Assembly (NCBI RefSeq): GCF_009914755.1
Contig: NC_060925.1
Reading direction: 5' to 3' (one strand)
Length of the DNA: 64,000 nucleotides
From: the human T2T-CHM13v2.0 reference genome, Homo sapiens
A program made the translations under genes and the position numbers. The notes beneath the pieces are model-generated. The model had not been told where the DNA came from and made no database searches. It saw only the letters and a program-made list of their open reading frames with translations. Within the stretch, counting starts at the first letter, position 1. Each line of letters opens with the position of its first letter. This document shows positions 29,305 through 42,724 of this stretch, in pieces.

Positions 29305-29800
29305 ATTTTCAGAACTCTTTATTTTTCAAAACTTTATACCAATTAAACAATCATTCCCCTTTCCCCTCTCCCTTCAGCCCTTGGCAATCAGCTTTCTAGT
29401 TCTTTTTCTATGAGTTTCACTATTCCAAGGACTACATATAAGTAAAACCATACACCATTTGTCCTTTTATGACTGGCTTATTTCATTTAACATGATATCC
29501 TCAAGGTTTCTCCATGTTGTAACTTGTGTCAGAATCTCCCTCCTTTTTTAAGGCCGAATAATATTCTATTATGGTAACTGTGTGTCCATAATAAAATGTT
29601 TATGTGCATTTTTCTAATAATCAGTGATGTTGGACATCTTCAATTTGCCATTTGGAAATCTGAGCTTATTTGTCATTTGTATATCTCTTCAGTGAAATTA
29701 CTATACAAGTCTCTTTGTATAGTAATATATATCTCTTTGTATAGTATTGTATATCTCTTCAGTGAAATTACTATACAAGTCCTTTGTCATTTGTTTTTGA
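29305..29800 (-). mobile_element. L1MB/L1M fragments
   Basis: gactggcttatttcatttaacatgatatcctcaagg; gcatttttctaataatcagtgatgttgg. Confidence 0.75.
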
Positions 29801-29805
29801 AAAGT

Positions 29806-30096
29806 TTTTCTGGGTACTGGTGATTTTTAGTTAGATGAGTAAGTTCTTCAGATTTCTAGGATTTCAGTGCACCCATCACCCGAGCAGTGTACACTATACC
29901 CAATATGTAGTATTTTATCCCCCACCTCCCTTCCAACCTTCCCCTTCGAGTCCCCAAAGTCCATTACATCATTCTTACAACTTTACATCTTCATAGCTTA
30001 GCACCCACTTATAAGTGAGAACATATCACATTTGGTTTTCCATTCCTGAGTCACTTCATTTAGAATAATGGCCTCCAGCTATATCCAAGTTGCTAC
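29806..30096 (-). mobile_element. L1PB 3' end
   Basis: gtgcacccatcacccgagcagtgtacac...cccacttataagtgagaacat. Confidence 0.85.
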
Positions 30097-30769
30097 ACAT
30101 TGTTTCTCTCTTGTTCTTTGCACTATATGTATTTCCTCGAGGACCAGAGATTTCTTTGTTTTCCACTTGTGTTCATGTTATCTCAAATCTCTAGCGATCC
30201 CTTAGCCTTTGTTCATATTTAAGGTTCTGCTAACATGAATGAAGTGTTTCAACTGGCTGATTTGCTTTAGGGAGATGACTGAGTAAACAAGTTATTATAC
30301 CAGGGTTCTTAAATGACACCATTTAGAGGTCATTTGTTGGGGGGGGTGGGGGGACACTGTCCAATTTACTTAGAGAAGAAACTTCTGATCTTCTAACTGG
30401 GAATTAGAGGAAATTATGCCAGTATTATGTACATTGTAGTAATTGGCAATTCCATGTATAGACTTCCATCTCCATGTTTTGAACTTTTCTCTGCTGAACC
30501 TAACGTCTAAAAATATCTTCTGACCCTCACTGGGTTCTGCAAGAAAATCATTTTTCTTCTTACTCATATCTTTTCTGAGACCCTCTTGGCTGCAGCCTCC
30601 CTACTACATCTGTGAAAACGCCATTCACTTTCCATCTTCTAGAATCTTGTTGAACTCCCTCTTTTTCCTGACACCTCTTTCATTCTCGTCTGTGAAACTG
30701 TATGAATTTATTCTGTTGTAATCACTCTATTACAAGATCAAGAGGAAAGTGACAAATGCTGACTTTAAC

Positions 30770-31808
30770 AGGAAGTCATCTCTCTCTCTCCACCAGCGGT
30801 CAGGATCCCACCCCACCTATTGCTGTGGGACTTCACTCTTGTCAGGACACTCCCACTCTCCTGTATCTCTGACCATTCTTTCTCTGATTGGCTTTTTCCC
30901 ATATTCATCACATGCTCAGATCTTTATCAGCTAAAAATTAAAAAGAAATCTTAAAAAAAATTAAAACAGTGCTTAGACTATAGTAAACTCATCCATGGTG
31001 ATCTCTTTCATCTCTCTATAGTCAAGAATCTTAAATGAATGGTCTGCATTTGTTTCTCCTTATTGTTCAGTGATTCTTTGCAATCTGGCCTTCATTACCA
31101 CTCCACAGAAACTATCCTGATCATGTGATGCCTTTGTTACTAAAGCTGGTTGATACTTTTCCATATCTGCTCGAGCTCTCTGTAGCATTTGACATCAGTG
31201 GCCAAGCCCTCGTCCTTCCTCTGCCTTCCACAGATCATGACACCAAAGTTTCCTTCCTGGCTCTCTATTAGTTTCTTCTCAGTATTTTCCATGAATTCCA
31301 CTTCCCCTGTCTATCCCTTAAATGTTACTATTTTTTAAGATTATGTACTAAGTTTTTTCTAGTCTCATTCTGAAAATTATTTACAAATTATCTCTTCTAA
31401 TTCTATACCTATATTTATCAACTCAGTCTCAATGACTCGAAAATGATATCTTTAGTCCAAAGGTTTTTCTTTTATTCCAAATTTCTATACCCAATTACTT
31501 TCTGGGGGTGTGAACTACCATGGCCTATGAACACTCCAAAATCAACATCTTCCCTCACCTCCCAACCATCATCCATCCAGTTGTCTAAGCCAAATACTTG
31601 TGTATCTTCCTAGAATCCTAGCTTCCCCACTTACACATAATCATCAACTCTTTGGGGGATCTATTTAATTCTATGTGATATATCCCCAACTGATTCAATT
31701 TCATCCAATTTCAGTTAGGCAACAGACATAATTTGTCTCTGTGCCTCAAGTCTTATTCTCTAGAAGGCTTCCCTGAACCTCCACAAAACTAGTTTTCTCC
31801 TTATACAT

Positions 31809-31849
<41 letters not shown>

Positions 31850-32290
31850 CCTGACAGAGTGAGACTCTGCAGTGCAGTGGCTGATCTCGGCTCACTGCAA
31901 TCTTCGCCTCTCAAGTTCAAGCGATTCTCTTGCCTCAGCCTCCCGAGTAGCTGGGATTACAGACACCTGCCACCATGCCTGGCTAATTTTTGTGTTTTTA
32001 GTAGAGATGGGATTTCACCATGTTGGCCAGGCTGGTCTCCAACTCCTGGACTCAAGTGATCAGCTTGCCTAGGCCTCCCAAAATGTTGAAATTACAGGCA
32101 TGAGACACTGCGCCTGGCCTCCTCATTATACATTCTTATTCAATGCTGTACTCCTCATTCATAGCAATCCTCCCAAGTATAAATAAATTACTTATTATAT
32201 AAATGGTTGTCATTTGTCTCCCTCAAAAAATTAAGCTCCCTGAGGGAAAAGAACATTCATAATATTTAATATTTGTTAGATGAACAAATG
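30770..32290 (+). mobile_element. L2 LINE interrupted by an Alu
   Basis: caatctggccttc...ctccacagaaact; tgtagcatttgaca; tail atatttgttagatgaacaaatg. Confidence 0.65.
31811..32119 (-). mobile_element. Alu (AluS-like) with 39-nt pure T tract
   Basis: Reverse Alu; TSD core ttatacattctt (31801-31812 / 32126-32137). Confidence 0.95.
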
Positions 32291-33671
32291 GATCAATGCT
32301 TCTTAAATTTATTTTCTACACTGCCACTAACCTAATCTTTCTAAAACAAAAACAGAGTCATGTCACTTTACTGTAAAAAATCCTTCAATGGAAAAAAGAA
32401 AAAAAAAGGGAGGTCTACAGTGGATTCCCACTGCCTTAAGCTATTGATTTTATGTCTAAACTTCTTAGCATGAAAGACAAGGTTTTCTAAGACCTGGTCT
32501 ACTTACCTCTACAGCTTTGTTTCTTTAGCTGACTGCTCAATATCACTGCTCTCCCTCAACTTAACTGCAAATAAATTCAATACTTCAGAAATAACAAAGG
32601 AGGAAAAACACTCTTTTAATATTTTATTATGCTCAAATAATTTAAAAATATATAAATAAAATGATTAAATAAAGCCCCAAACCTTTTTTCAAATAAGCAC
32701 CCTAAATTATCTAAATCACCTAGGATGCTTGTTTTCCTAAGAACCAAGGAATATTTCAGGTGATTTAGTATAAAGTATAGCATGCCCAGACAAGATCCCA
32801 TAACAGGAGTTACTTACCTGGTGCTGCTTATTTTGGATATCAGAATTTTAAAGGAAATGAGGTCCATTTGGTTTAGGCATCTATATATATATCAGTACGT
32901 AGAGGACTAAATGAGGGTTTAAAAGAATTTGTTGAATATAACTGAACCAACTCTAAAATGAAAAATATATAAGATGGAATGATGATTAAATGGAAATGCT
33001 TAACTCAGTAAATGATCAGTTTCTTATTTCTAATGGACCCAAGTCTGCAATTCAAAGTTGGGAAGAGGCAGACAGTATGACATGAAATACTCTGTGTATT
33101 ATATCAATTACACCTCAAGAGAAGAATTTGACTTTGCAAATTACAGAACTAGTAAGAAAACATTTTTTTTCTTTCATACGGGTTTAGTCTGTCCTTAAAA
33201 GGGGGCTTTGGGGGTAGATATTGGATTCAACTGTTATTTGTCAGACAAGTGAAAGAATAAAGAGAAGTGTGTGACACAGTGGTGGAGAAGCCTTACCTGG
33301 GACCAATCTGAAGTGCCTGTTGTGTTCTGCAGTATCATAAGTCGCCAGGGTCTCTCTGTCTGGCATAGCCATTCTCATTCCCAAAGTGCTTCAGGGATTT
33401 GGATCAAATCCAAAGACTATTCTGCTTGTTCATTCTGAACAGATTAATTCAGATTTGGCTAAAGATACTGCTGAGAAAAGAAGCGTGAATCCTAAGGGAA
33501 CATCAACTTTCATGACTAAAGATAGAATTACCTGAAAAGTACATGGGGAGCTATGGGCAGAGTTAGAAGTTTATATTCTTACAAAGAGATCTAAACTTAA
33601 AGGAACAAGGACTGGGGAGAACTATAACTGCCTATGACAGTCAGTTTCTTACATGGTTTTATTTTAAACTA

Positions 33672-33982
<311 letters not shown>

Positions 33983-34554
33983 AGAAATAGCTTTTTTTTC
34001 TCACCCTACATTATAATTTTCATCAGCCACCTCCAACCAATCAGTAAAATCTAATATATCTGTGCAGTCTTCTGTGTAATTAATACGATAAACAAAGGGG
34101 CAGAGCAGTAAAGAGAAATGAGAATTGTCCCACATTTTCCCATTTTTGGTACTCATGAGAACAGAGATGCTACCTCTCAGGGGTTTCGGACTAGCAAGGA
34201 GGAAAAATTTTGCCCGTTAGTGGAGCTAGAGATGATGAAAAGAACTTGATTTAGAGAAAAATTGCTAGATAGACAACTTGAGATTGGATATATAATACCC
34301 TTCTATTTTACCCTAAAATGCCAGCCTAAAGACTTTTAAGGAGAAGCAAAAATTGACACCTTTGTTTTAACAGATGTATTGAATAAATTATAATGTAATA
34401 TCCATTCCAGCTCTTATCAAGGTACTGGTCATCACAATTAAGTAGTTTGGATGAGGGCACTGACTTTGGGCTAAGAGAATCTTCTTTTTTTGCCTCAGCT
34501 GTTCTGTTTCTGTTAAGACACTGTCTGGGCTGAGATATTTAAATCTGGTTTCAA

Positions 34555-34839
34555 GGCTGAGTGTGGTGGATCATGCCTGTGATGCCAACACTTTGGGAGG
34601 TTGAGGTGGGTGGCTTGCTTCAGTCCTAGCCTGGGCAATGGAGACAAAACCCAAAAAATACAAAAAATTGTGTCTACAAAAAACTAGCCAGGCATGGTGA
34701 CATGCACCTATAGTCCCAGCTACTTGGAAGGCTTAGAGGGGAGGATCAGCTGAGCCCAAGAAATGGAGGCTGCAGTAAGCCATGATTGCACCACTGCACT
34801 CTAGCCTGGACAACAGAGCAAGACCCTGTCTCAAAAAAA
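34555..34839 (+). mobile_element. Alu (AluJ), rearranged middle region
   Basis: TSD aaatctggtttcaa (34541-34554) / aaatcttgcttcaa (34840-34853). Confidence 0.92.
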
Positions 34840-35144
34840 AAATCTTGCTTCAAGGTTCTATGCAGATGATTCTTTGCTTGTAAACCCTAGGAGCACCTAT
34901 GTGATGCTTTGTGCTCCTCTCACTGGAATTACCTTATTCCTTATCTCTGTTCTCTTGAGTAATTGCCTCCTCTAACCAGGATTAGCATTCTTTGATCTGA
35001 CTCCTTTGTTATCTTGTCTGTTGTGACAATGGGAAACATTTAAATGTTCTCTGGCCAGAAGAGACTGTTTCCGTCTGGAGACCAAAATGAAACTAGTCCT
35101 GGCATTTGAGTACTGTCATGATATGTCTTTCAAGCGGCAGTCCC

Positions 35145-35541
35145 TGTAGTGGATGCTGTGATGCGCTAAAGCTCTAAGGCATTCACTCCCCCAGCTCCCA
35201 GCAATGTTTTCTGCTTAAAGCTCACAGCTGAGTCCCTGCCTAGGAATTGCCCTCAGCTGAGGGAGTTTCCTGGCCCACGTTTATGTCCCTCTCTCCACCC
35301 TGGGTCAGCGTGCATTAAGTAACTGGTCAATGTAGAAGTACAAAGGCCTGGCCCCTTGCCTCAATTTAGGAACTTTAAAGGGCCACACCAGCTCCAGAGC
35401 TCCTATGGATGGGCTGAGATTTCAGTTGCAATTGCGTGGCAGATCAGCTTTTCCCTCTGCTTAATCCTGCCTTCCTCCCTTTCTTATAAGTCTGCATGTC
35501 TTTCATCTCAGAGTCTGTTCCATGGAACCCACTCTAATTAC
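35145..35541 (+). mobile_element. ERVL LTR (LTR16-like)
   Basis: Starts tgtagtggatgctgtg; ends ctcagagtctgttccatggaaccc. Confidence 0.7.
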
Positions 35542-35999
35542 TAATTCCATTAAGGTTAATAAGCACATCATTTCCAGTATCTCCTGGGTTACATTAGATT
35601 TATTCAAGTGTGGAAACAAATTAATAATTGAGGATGGATTCTGCCATTAGGAAAGCATCGTCTAATTCATGATTATTTAAATTTTCTTCTAAATTATCAG
35701 TCATTTTACATTTAGCAATTTGTATTTCTTTTAATAACAAGTTTATAGTAAAAATATGAATTAGATGAAAAGAGCACACTACCTACTTTAAGTTTTATTC
35801 ATTCTAATTATTTTATTTATTCTAATTTAGGGCAAAGTATTTTGGGATAATTTGTAAAAGCTTGTCCATGACTCACTTTTCTTTTTAGTTCTTTAGCTTT
35901 AGGTTTAGTGTTAAAAATGAAAACTATAAGAAATTTCAAGAGAACCTTCAAGTAGACCTACAATTTTGTCCGTCCAAAATCCCTTACTTTGGGTAAACT

Positions 36000-36430
36000 C
36001 CCTACCCCTACAACATAAGTTCCCAATGGAATGTCTGTCATAATGCTTCCCTAACCTAGGCATCAGCAGTGACCCAGGCTGGCCAATAAGAGTATGCCAT
36101 CTCCTTGGCACAGTGATTGATCCAGGGTAAGTTTATGAACTAAACAGGGCTAATCAGATGGTTTCCTACAATTTACATATACTTCCCTGGGAAGGAAAAG
36201 GATACAGCCTTGAGCTTCCTGTAGCCACCTTTTCCAGTGTGTATCAAGAGCTTACCCACAGAAGGAAGCCAATATCCAGCAAGATGCGGAGCTGAAAGAT
36301 GAAATCATCTGAGTGCCTGGTTACAGTCGGGCGTTCAGCCTGCCCTTTGGACATCCCATTTATATGAGCCAATAGATTCTATTTTACTTGACTAATGTAA
36401 GTTAGGACACTTAGAAAAAGACCTAACACA
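36000..36430 (+). mobile_element. Old MaLR LTR (MLT1J-like)
   Basis: ccttggcacagtgattgatccaggg...atgagccaatagattc. Confidence 0.55.
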
Positions 36431-37569
36431 AGGTTTTATATCACCACCTTTGCACTTGATTCATTCCTCTGAGGACTCAATTTCCAGCATCTTTTTTCTA
36501 AGAATAAAGGCAAAAACCACTGTATTCCACACTCAACTGGACTTCCTCCAATCTTTTCCCCATACCCCTTTAGTTATTTTCCTTATGTAGCCATAACCCC
36601 TAATATTTCTAGTCAGCCAGTGCTTAAAATTCTTCATAAAGCATTATTTTATACTTTACAATTTCTCTGCTAGTATCATTTTGTGCTTTCTAACATAGAC
36701 TAGTTTCTAGTTCAGAGATTTAAGTGATGCTGTGCTACATTTTCTTTGACTTAATAATTTGTCTGTGTGAAGACAAGCTTTTGGACTGTGAAACTGCAGC
36801 CAAAGTACATGGTTTCCCTGATGACAATTTTCTCAAACTGCTGACAAATTGCTTAGGGGAAAATAGCTCCTCTAGTGCTAAATTTGCAAACCTAAACCTA
36901 TTGAGGTAGCAAATATCACATGCTTCATTAAAATAGTGAAGGGAAATCAGTCATAGGACAATTAATTGTGGAAACTTGCCATTCGAGTGTATAATAAATA
37001 AGCATCTTGAAGACTCTGTAAGACTGCCTTTTTATGCCCATTTAAATGTGTTCTAAGAATCACAGTGACAAAATTAGCTCATCAACGAATGATTTTTGCA
37101 GCTCTAGAGTAAAATTATTCTGCAAATGAGAAGCCCGTGACTTGGGTTATAAAGCTAGTTTAAGTTGATGTTCAACTCATCTGTTAACTGCTGACATTTT
37201 CACAGGTGTTCATGGGACATGAATGTGGAAGCTAAAATAGAACCCCAGCAGAATATACACAGTGGGTTTCTCCGGTAGTCACCGGGGAAGACTCATAGTT
37301 TATATAAAGCATGATTTGTACCTTATTTGCATAAGCATTCTCAGTTACAGAGCCATAGGATGTTAGAATCGGAAGCACATAATAGATTGTCTAGTGTAGT
37401 TCCTTGAAATTGTGGCTCAGAGAAATAAAAATGACTCAGCTAAGTTTTCACAGCTGGTGGATGACACAACCCAGAGCAGATCCCAGTTTCCTTGCAAGTG
37501 GTCTGGAGCTGCCTTCCTACTTCTCTCATAACTCATAGGTTTGCTCCAACCTCTAGCTGTCATTTGATG

Positions 37570-37760
37570 GAAAGAGCACTAGATCAGAGGACTTAGACTT
37601 AAGTCCTGACTATGACACTTTCTAGATTCATGATCTTGGTCAATATTGTAATCTTTCTGTGCTCCATTTTTCACATCTTCATCTTTTCCTCTATCTCACA
37701 GAGCTGTTAATAGAATTAAATGAAATGAAACAAAGCAATTCGCAAACTTTAAACTATTTT
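37570..37760 (+). mobile_element. MIR SINE
   Basis: tggaaagagcactagatcagagg...tgatcttggtcaa. Confidence 0.55.
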
Positions 37761-37988
37761 GCAGTCAGAAGTTATAATAATTATAATCAAATTGAAATAG
37801 TGATTAACTGTTTAGTAACTTTCTCAGTGTAGCACTGGACTAATTTTTCTGCAGGGATTTTTTTTCCCAGAAAAGAATTCTGGGAAGTGTTTTATACCAA
37901 AGGATAACAAAGTAACAAAGAGATTTCTGGAGGTTAAGTAAGTCAGGGTATTTTGCCTCTTACACAATGCTATGGTGAATTTTGGAGA

Positions 37989-38430
37989 CTGTCATTTAGA
38001 TGCCTTTGACTGTAAGTACCAGAAAGCCCTGACTCAAAATGCCTGAAACAACGGAGGTAGGGCCACTCCAGCGTGGTTTGTCAGGATTCCAACTCAGCTT
38101 CTTTGCAATTCTCTTGATTCTGTCCTTCTCCACATTTTGGCTTCTTCCTCAGCTGGTAGCATTTCTAGGTATCACATCCAGACAGAATGAAGTGGAGAAG
38201 CTGAAAAGGTCTGATTTTTCAGTGTTACCTACTTAAAAGTGGAGAAATTTTTCCAGAAGCCTTCATCCAACCCCTCCTCATATCTCTTTGGCCTAAAAAG
38301 GATACCATGGAACTAAGATAAATGGCTTAAAATAATCAGAATACATTTGCCTGAGTTGGGGATGGAGCCATTTCCTTAAACATAGGTGGTATGCTAAAGG
38401 GATGGGTACTTGAGCAAAATTAGTAGCAAG
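37989..38430 (-). mobile_element. Old MaLR LTR (MLT1J/K-like)
   Basis: tttgactgtaagtaccagaaagccctgactcaaaatg. Confidence 0.55.
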
Positions 38431-38683
38431 AGATTCACAGAGTTCTGATGTGGTGCTTTTCTCACTGTTCCATCTTTGTCACTAGTCTTCTTTCTACAGC
38501 AGTGAAATTACTCTACAAGTCAATTAATAATGAATTAATTAATAATCAATAAAATTAATACTCAATAAAAGTGATGACCCTGGTAGAGATAGAAGGAAAA
38601 CTATTTATTAATACCAGTTTGGTGTCCAGCCAGCTTATCAATTCTAGAGCAATGGGGAGTACTTAGAAATTAAACCAACTTGA

Positions 38684-38995
38684 GGCTGGGAGCAGTGGCT
38701 CACGCATGTAATCCCAGCACTTTTGGAGGCCTAGGCGGGTGGATCACAAGGTCAGGAGTTCAAGACCAGCCTGGCCAAGATGGTGAAACCCCATCTCTAC
38801 TAAAAATACCAAAAAAATTAGCCAGGCATGGTGGCGGGCACCTGTAATCCTCAGAGGAGGCCACTCAGGAGGCTGAGGCAGAGAATTGCTTGAACAGGGG
38901 AGGCAGAGATTGCAGTGAGCCGAGATCGCGCCACTGCACTCCAGCCTGAGCGACAGAATGAGACTCCGTCTCAAAAAAAAAAAAAAAAAAAAAAA
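38684..38995 (+). mobile_element. Alu (AluSg-like)
   Basis: 19-bp TSD agaaattaaaccaa(c/t)ttga (38665-38683 / 38996-39014). Confidence 0.96.
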
Positions 38996-40662
38996 AGAAA
39001 TTAAACCAATTTGAGTTTTGTCAGCATTCTGTTTCTTTGTACTATATTATCTTGCTGATAGGCATGTTGGAAAACAGAAAAGCAAGTTATAAATCATTAT
39101 GACAAATCTAATGGAGAAAGCAGATTTTCAGGAATCTAGAAAGAACAGTAGCCGCAGTTCAGAAGATTGAAGAAAACAGTTATCTGAGATAGAAAAAATG
39201 GCATCAGATAGACCCTATTGTGACATGGAAAATGCAACCGAACACATTAGAAGGTCAAGGAAAAAAAAAAAAAAAAGAACAGGAAAATAAAAATCAAGGT
39301 TAGTAGAAAAGACCAGTTGGAGAAAGAAAGACATTCACATTGAAAACAATTTTAAAGAAACTGTAAATGTCAAAAGAAACACACTTGAGAGCCAGATGTG
39401 ACCCTTGGTCTGTCAATCTATGGCTGTTAGTAGAAGAATGGAGGAGAATCATTTGAAGATATCTAATTTCTAATATACAAATGTAGAGACAGCTGCAGAA
39501 ATCTGAAGTTTAATCATTATTCTAAAACATTTCTGTCCTTTATTTTAAAGAAGAAAAAATTAGTTTTCAACGTATTCAAAATCAATTCTGTTTGGCTGTA
39601 TTTCGTGTATGGATTTTTTCATATATAATATCAAACAGAAGAAGTTTCCCTAAATTATTATGCCCAATAGTTTTATGTTTTCAAGACTAATTCTCAACAG
39701 AAATAAAATAGCTCATACTCCTTAATGGTAAGTTTTTTAAAATTCCCAGCATATTCAATTATCTTTCTCATTTCTACTCAAGTGGTATTGTAACTAATAG
39801 GAATTCAATATTTTTATTTCCTTGGTTAATGTGTCAAAGATGGCTGCTTTCCATCTCTTTTTTAAGCACTCTAAACTGTATATACCATCCATATGCTAAC
39901 AAAGAGGCATGAGTGCTTTCCTATGCCATTTTACGGTGGATTTTGTTTTACAGTCATGGTGCTAATGGTCATTTTACCGTTTAGCTTTGCAATCTTATTT
40001 CTTCTCAAGCTATTCTCACCCCCAGCTTGAATTATCATAAAAAACAACTGAAGCCACTTTTTCAACGATGTCAGGAGACCAGAGAGATGATTGCATAACT
40101 GTCAACATTATTAAGTGCTCACAAATGCATTGAGACAGGACAAATGTACCTGAACCTATGTTGGGCTGGTAAAAATTCTTACCATTTTTGGTGGTGTGAA
40201 CAGTTCACGCGCCTGCAATCTTAGCTCAATGCAAACATGAGCTGTAGCTTTGATTTGTTTCTATGGTTTCAAATCATCACAAATGACACCCGTGACGCAG
40301 CTTACTGTGATGTAATGCCTCCTGCTAAAACTCTGGTTGCAACACCCTCCTTGCCCATCTTCCTTTAAGTAATGCTATCACAAAACTAGCAATTCTGATT
40401 TTGTGAGTTTTTTAAATCACAATTTTGAAAAGATAGCCCCTTTAAGTGCTTGATATGTTTTTGACTATGGTGAAGAGAAAAAGAATTTGCATTGGGTTGA
40501 TGGAATCTTTAAATGTTATAGAGAAGAAATGTGAGTTTTGAGTTTTAAGAATAAAGTACTGGGCCTCCTCTTATATTATGCGGCTGATTCTTTTGACTCA
40601 ATATGTTACCACCACTGATATATAATGAGTTATCAATAAGCTTACTCCAATCTTCTGGTAAG

Positions 40663-40720
40663 ATGGTATTCTGCCACGTAGAATACAACAGAGTATGTAT
40701 TCTACGTGGCAGAATACCAT
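40663..40720. repeat. Perfect 25-bp inverted repeat with 8-nt spacer
   Basis: atggtattctgccacgtagaataca (40663-40687) and its exact reverse complement tgtattctacgtggcagaataccat (40696-40720). Confidence 0.97.
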
Positions 40721-41005
40721 TTACTTTGGTAACCATTTACTTTGGTCAGTTGAAAAAATTTAAATAGGATACCACACATGTTAAATAAATTAGGCTACAC
40801 CTACAAAATTTAAAGAGCCACAACCAAGGTTAGATGTATTTGTTACAATGAGGGTAGCCAGAAAAAAAGGCATTTCTAAATTCTGGATCCACCACTTGTC
40901 CCCACAGTAAATTTGTGAGATATTTGTAGAGTGAAGACTCTGCAAAAAATATACACTTCATTCTACAGGGCTTTGACTAGAAACTCCTTAGGAGACTCCC
41001 ACACC

Positions 41006-41460
41006 TACGTGGATTGAATAGTCTCCCCCAAAATTCATGTCCACCCAGGGCCTCATTCATGACCTTATTTGGAAATAAGGTCTTTGCAGATATAATTAGT
41101 TATGATGAGGTCATACTGGGGTAGGGAATGAGTAGGATACTAGGGCTAAATTCAGTCACTTAATGTTTTTATAAGAAGACAGACACAGAGACACACAAGG
41201 AAGGAGGCCATGTGACAACAAAGGCGGATATTGGAGAGATGAAGCTACAAGCTATTGACACCAATAATTGCCAGCAACCTGCAGAAGGAAGGAGAGAGGC
41301 AGGGAACAGATTCTCCTTCAGATACTCTAGAAGGAACCCACCTTGCCGACATCTTGAGTTCAGACTAATGGCCTCCAGATCAGTGAAAGAACAAGCTCCT
41401 GTTGTTTTAAACCACCCAGCCTGTGGTATGTTTTTACAATAGTCCTAGTAAACTGCTACA
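41006..41460 (+). mobile_element. MaLR LTR (MLT1B/C-like)
   Basis: tggattgaatagtctcccccaaaattcatgtc...ttatttggaaataaggtctttgcagat...gtaaactgctaca. Confidence 0.85.
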
Positions 41461-41847
41461 CTTGGTGAGGCCTGAGGAGTGTACATGCTTTAAGGACTCC
41501 TCTGCCCATATTTCTAAGGCCTATACTAGAAATTGGCCCCCTTCCTCCTAGCCTATGTTCCTTTCTCCTAGGCAACATCTTACCTTTAGCCATCAAGGTC
41601 TTCCACTCCAACAAAGGAATGACCAACCCGAAGAAGAGTGTTTTCTTAGAGACTAGAGCACAGTCAGTCGAATAGCCCACCCCACATCCTTCCCATTGGA
41701 TTCCACCTTGTCCCTAGTAGAGAAGTAGAGAATCCCTGCCAAGTCAGATGCTCTACCTCTCCCAAAGCCTTCTGGTGATATCAGCTACTTGGGGATTTAG
41801 AAAAAGGAGCAATTCAAAAAACAGTCCACATAAAAAAAAGAGTTTTA

Positions 41848-42145
<298 letters not shown>

Positions 42146-42518
42146 TTAAATTTGTTTTCCCCTCATTCCAAAATCTCTGAATCCTAATAATTGCAAAAAA
42201 GCCTCTTCTTCTCAAGTGGTATAATAAGGAGAAGAGTTGAGCTCTCTCAAGCGATTGGAGTAAGCCAAGAGGGTCTTCTTTGAGTTAATGATACACAAGC
42301 TCAATTGCAATGTAATTCAAAAAATACTAATACCTTCATTGTGCCAGGTTCTGTGCTAAGTAATGAGGAGTCAACAATGAGTAAGATATGAACTCTGACC
42401 TTACTCAGGGGTGAGACAAACAGACCAATAAAATCCACTACAATAATGGGTATGTTGGGGTAAGAGAAAATCACTTAAGCCTAACAGAAGACTTACCAAA
42501 AAATGTGATATTCTGGAA

Positions 42519-42620
42519 CAGGATTTCTTAACCTCAGCTTTACTGACATTTTGGACTGGATAATTCTTGGTCGTTGGTGGCCGTTCTGTGCACTGTAGGA
42601 TATTTAGCAGCATCCCTGCC
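42519..42620 (+). mobile_element. MER20 (hAT-Charlie) half element
   Basis: ctgacattttggactggataattctt...ctgtgcactgtaggatatttagcagcatccctg. Confidence 0.8.
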
Positions 42621-42724
42621 AAAATGAGATTTGCATTTTAGAATAACTTTTGCTGCAGTATTGAGAATGTCCTGAAGTAGAGCAAGACTAAATACACAGA
42701 GATCAGTTTTAAATGTTTGCTACA

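Noticed and set aside
30339-30353. G-rich run as a G-quadruplex
   Set aside because: Only two G tracts inside an old L1 region; too little to support a call
40663-40720. Palindrome as a MADE1 or other MITE, or as a named miRNA
   Set aside because: No TA or 8-bp TSD and no TIR I recognise; I cannot match it to a known miRNA from memory
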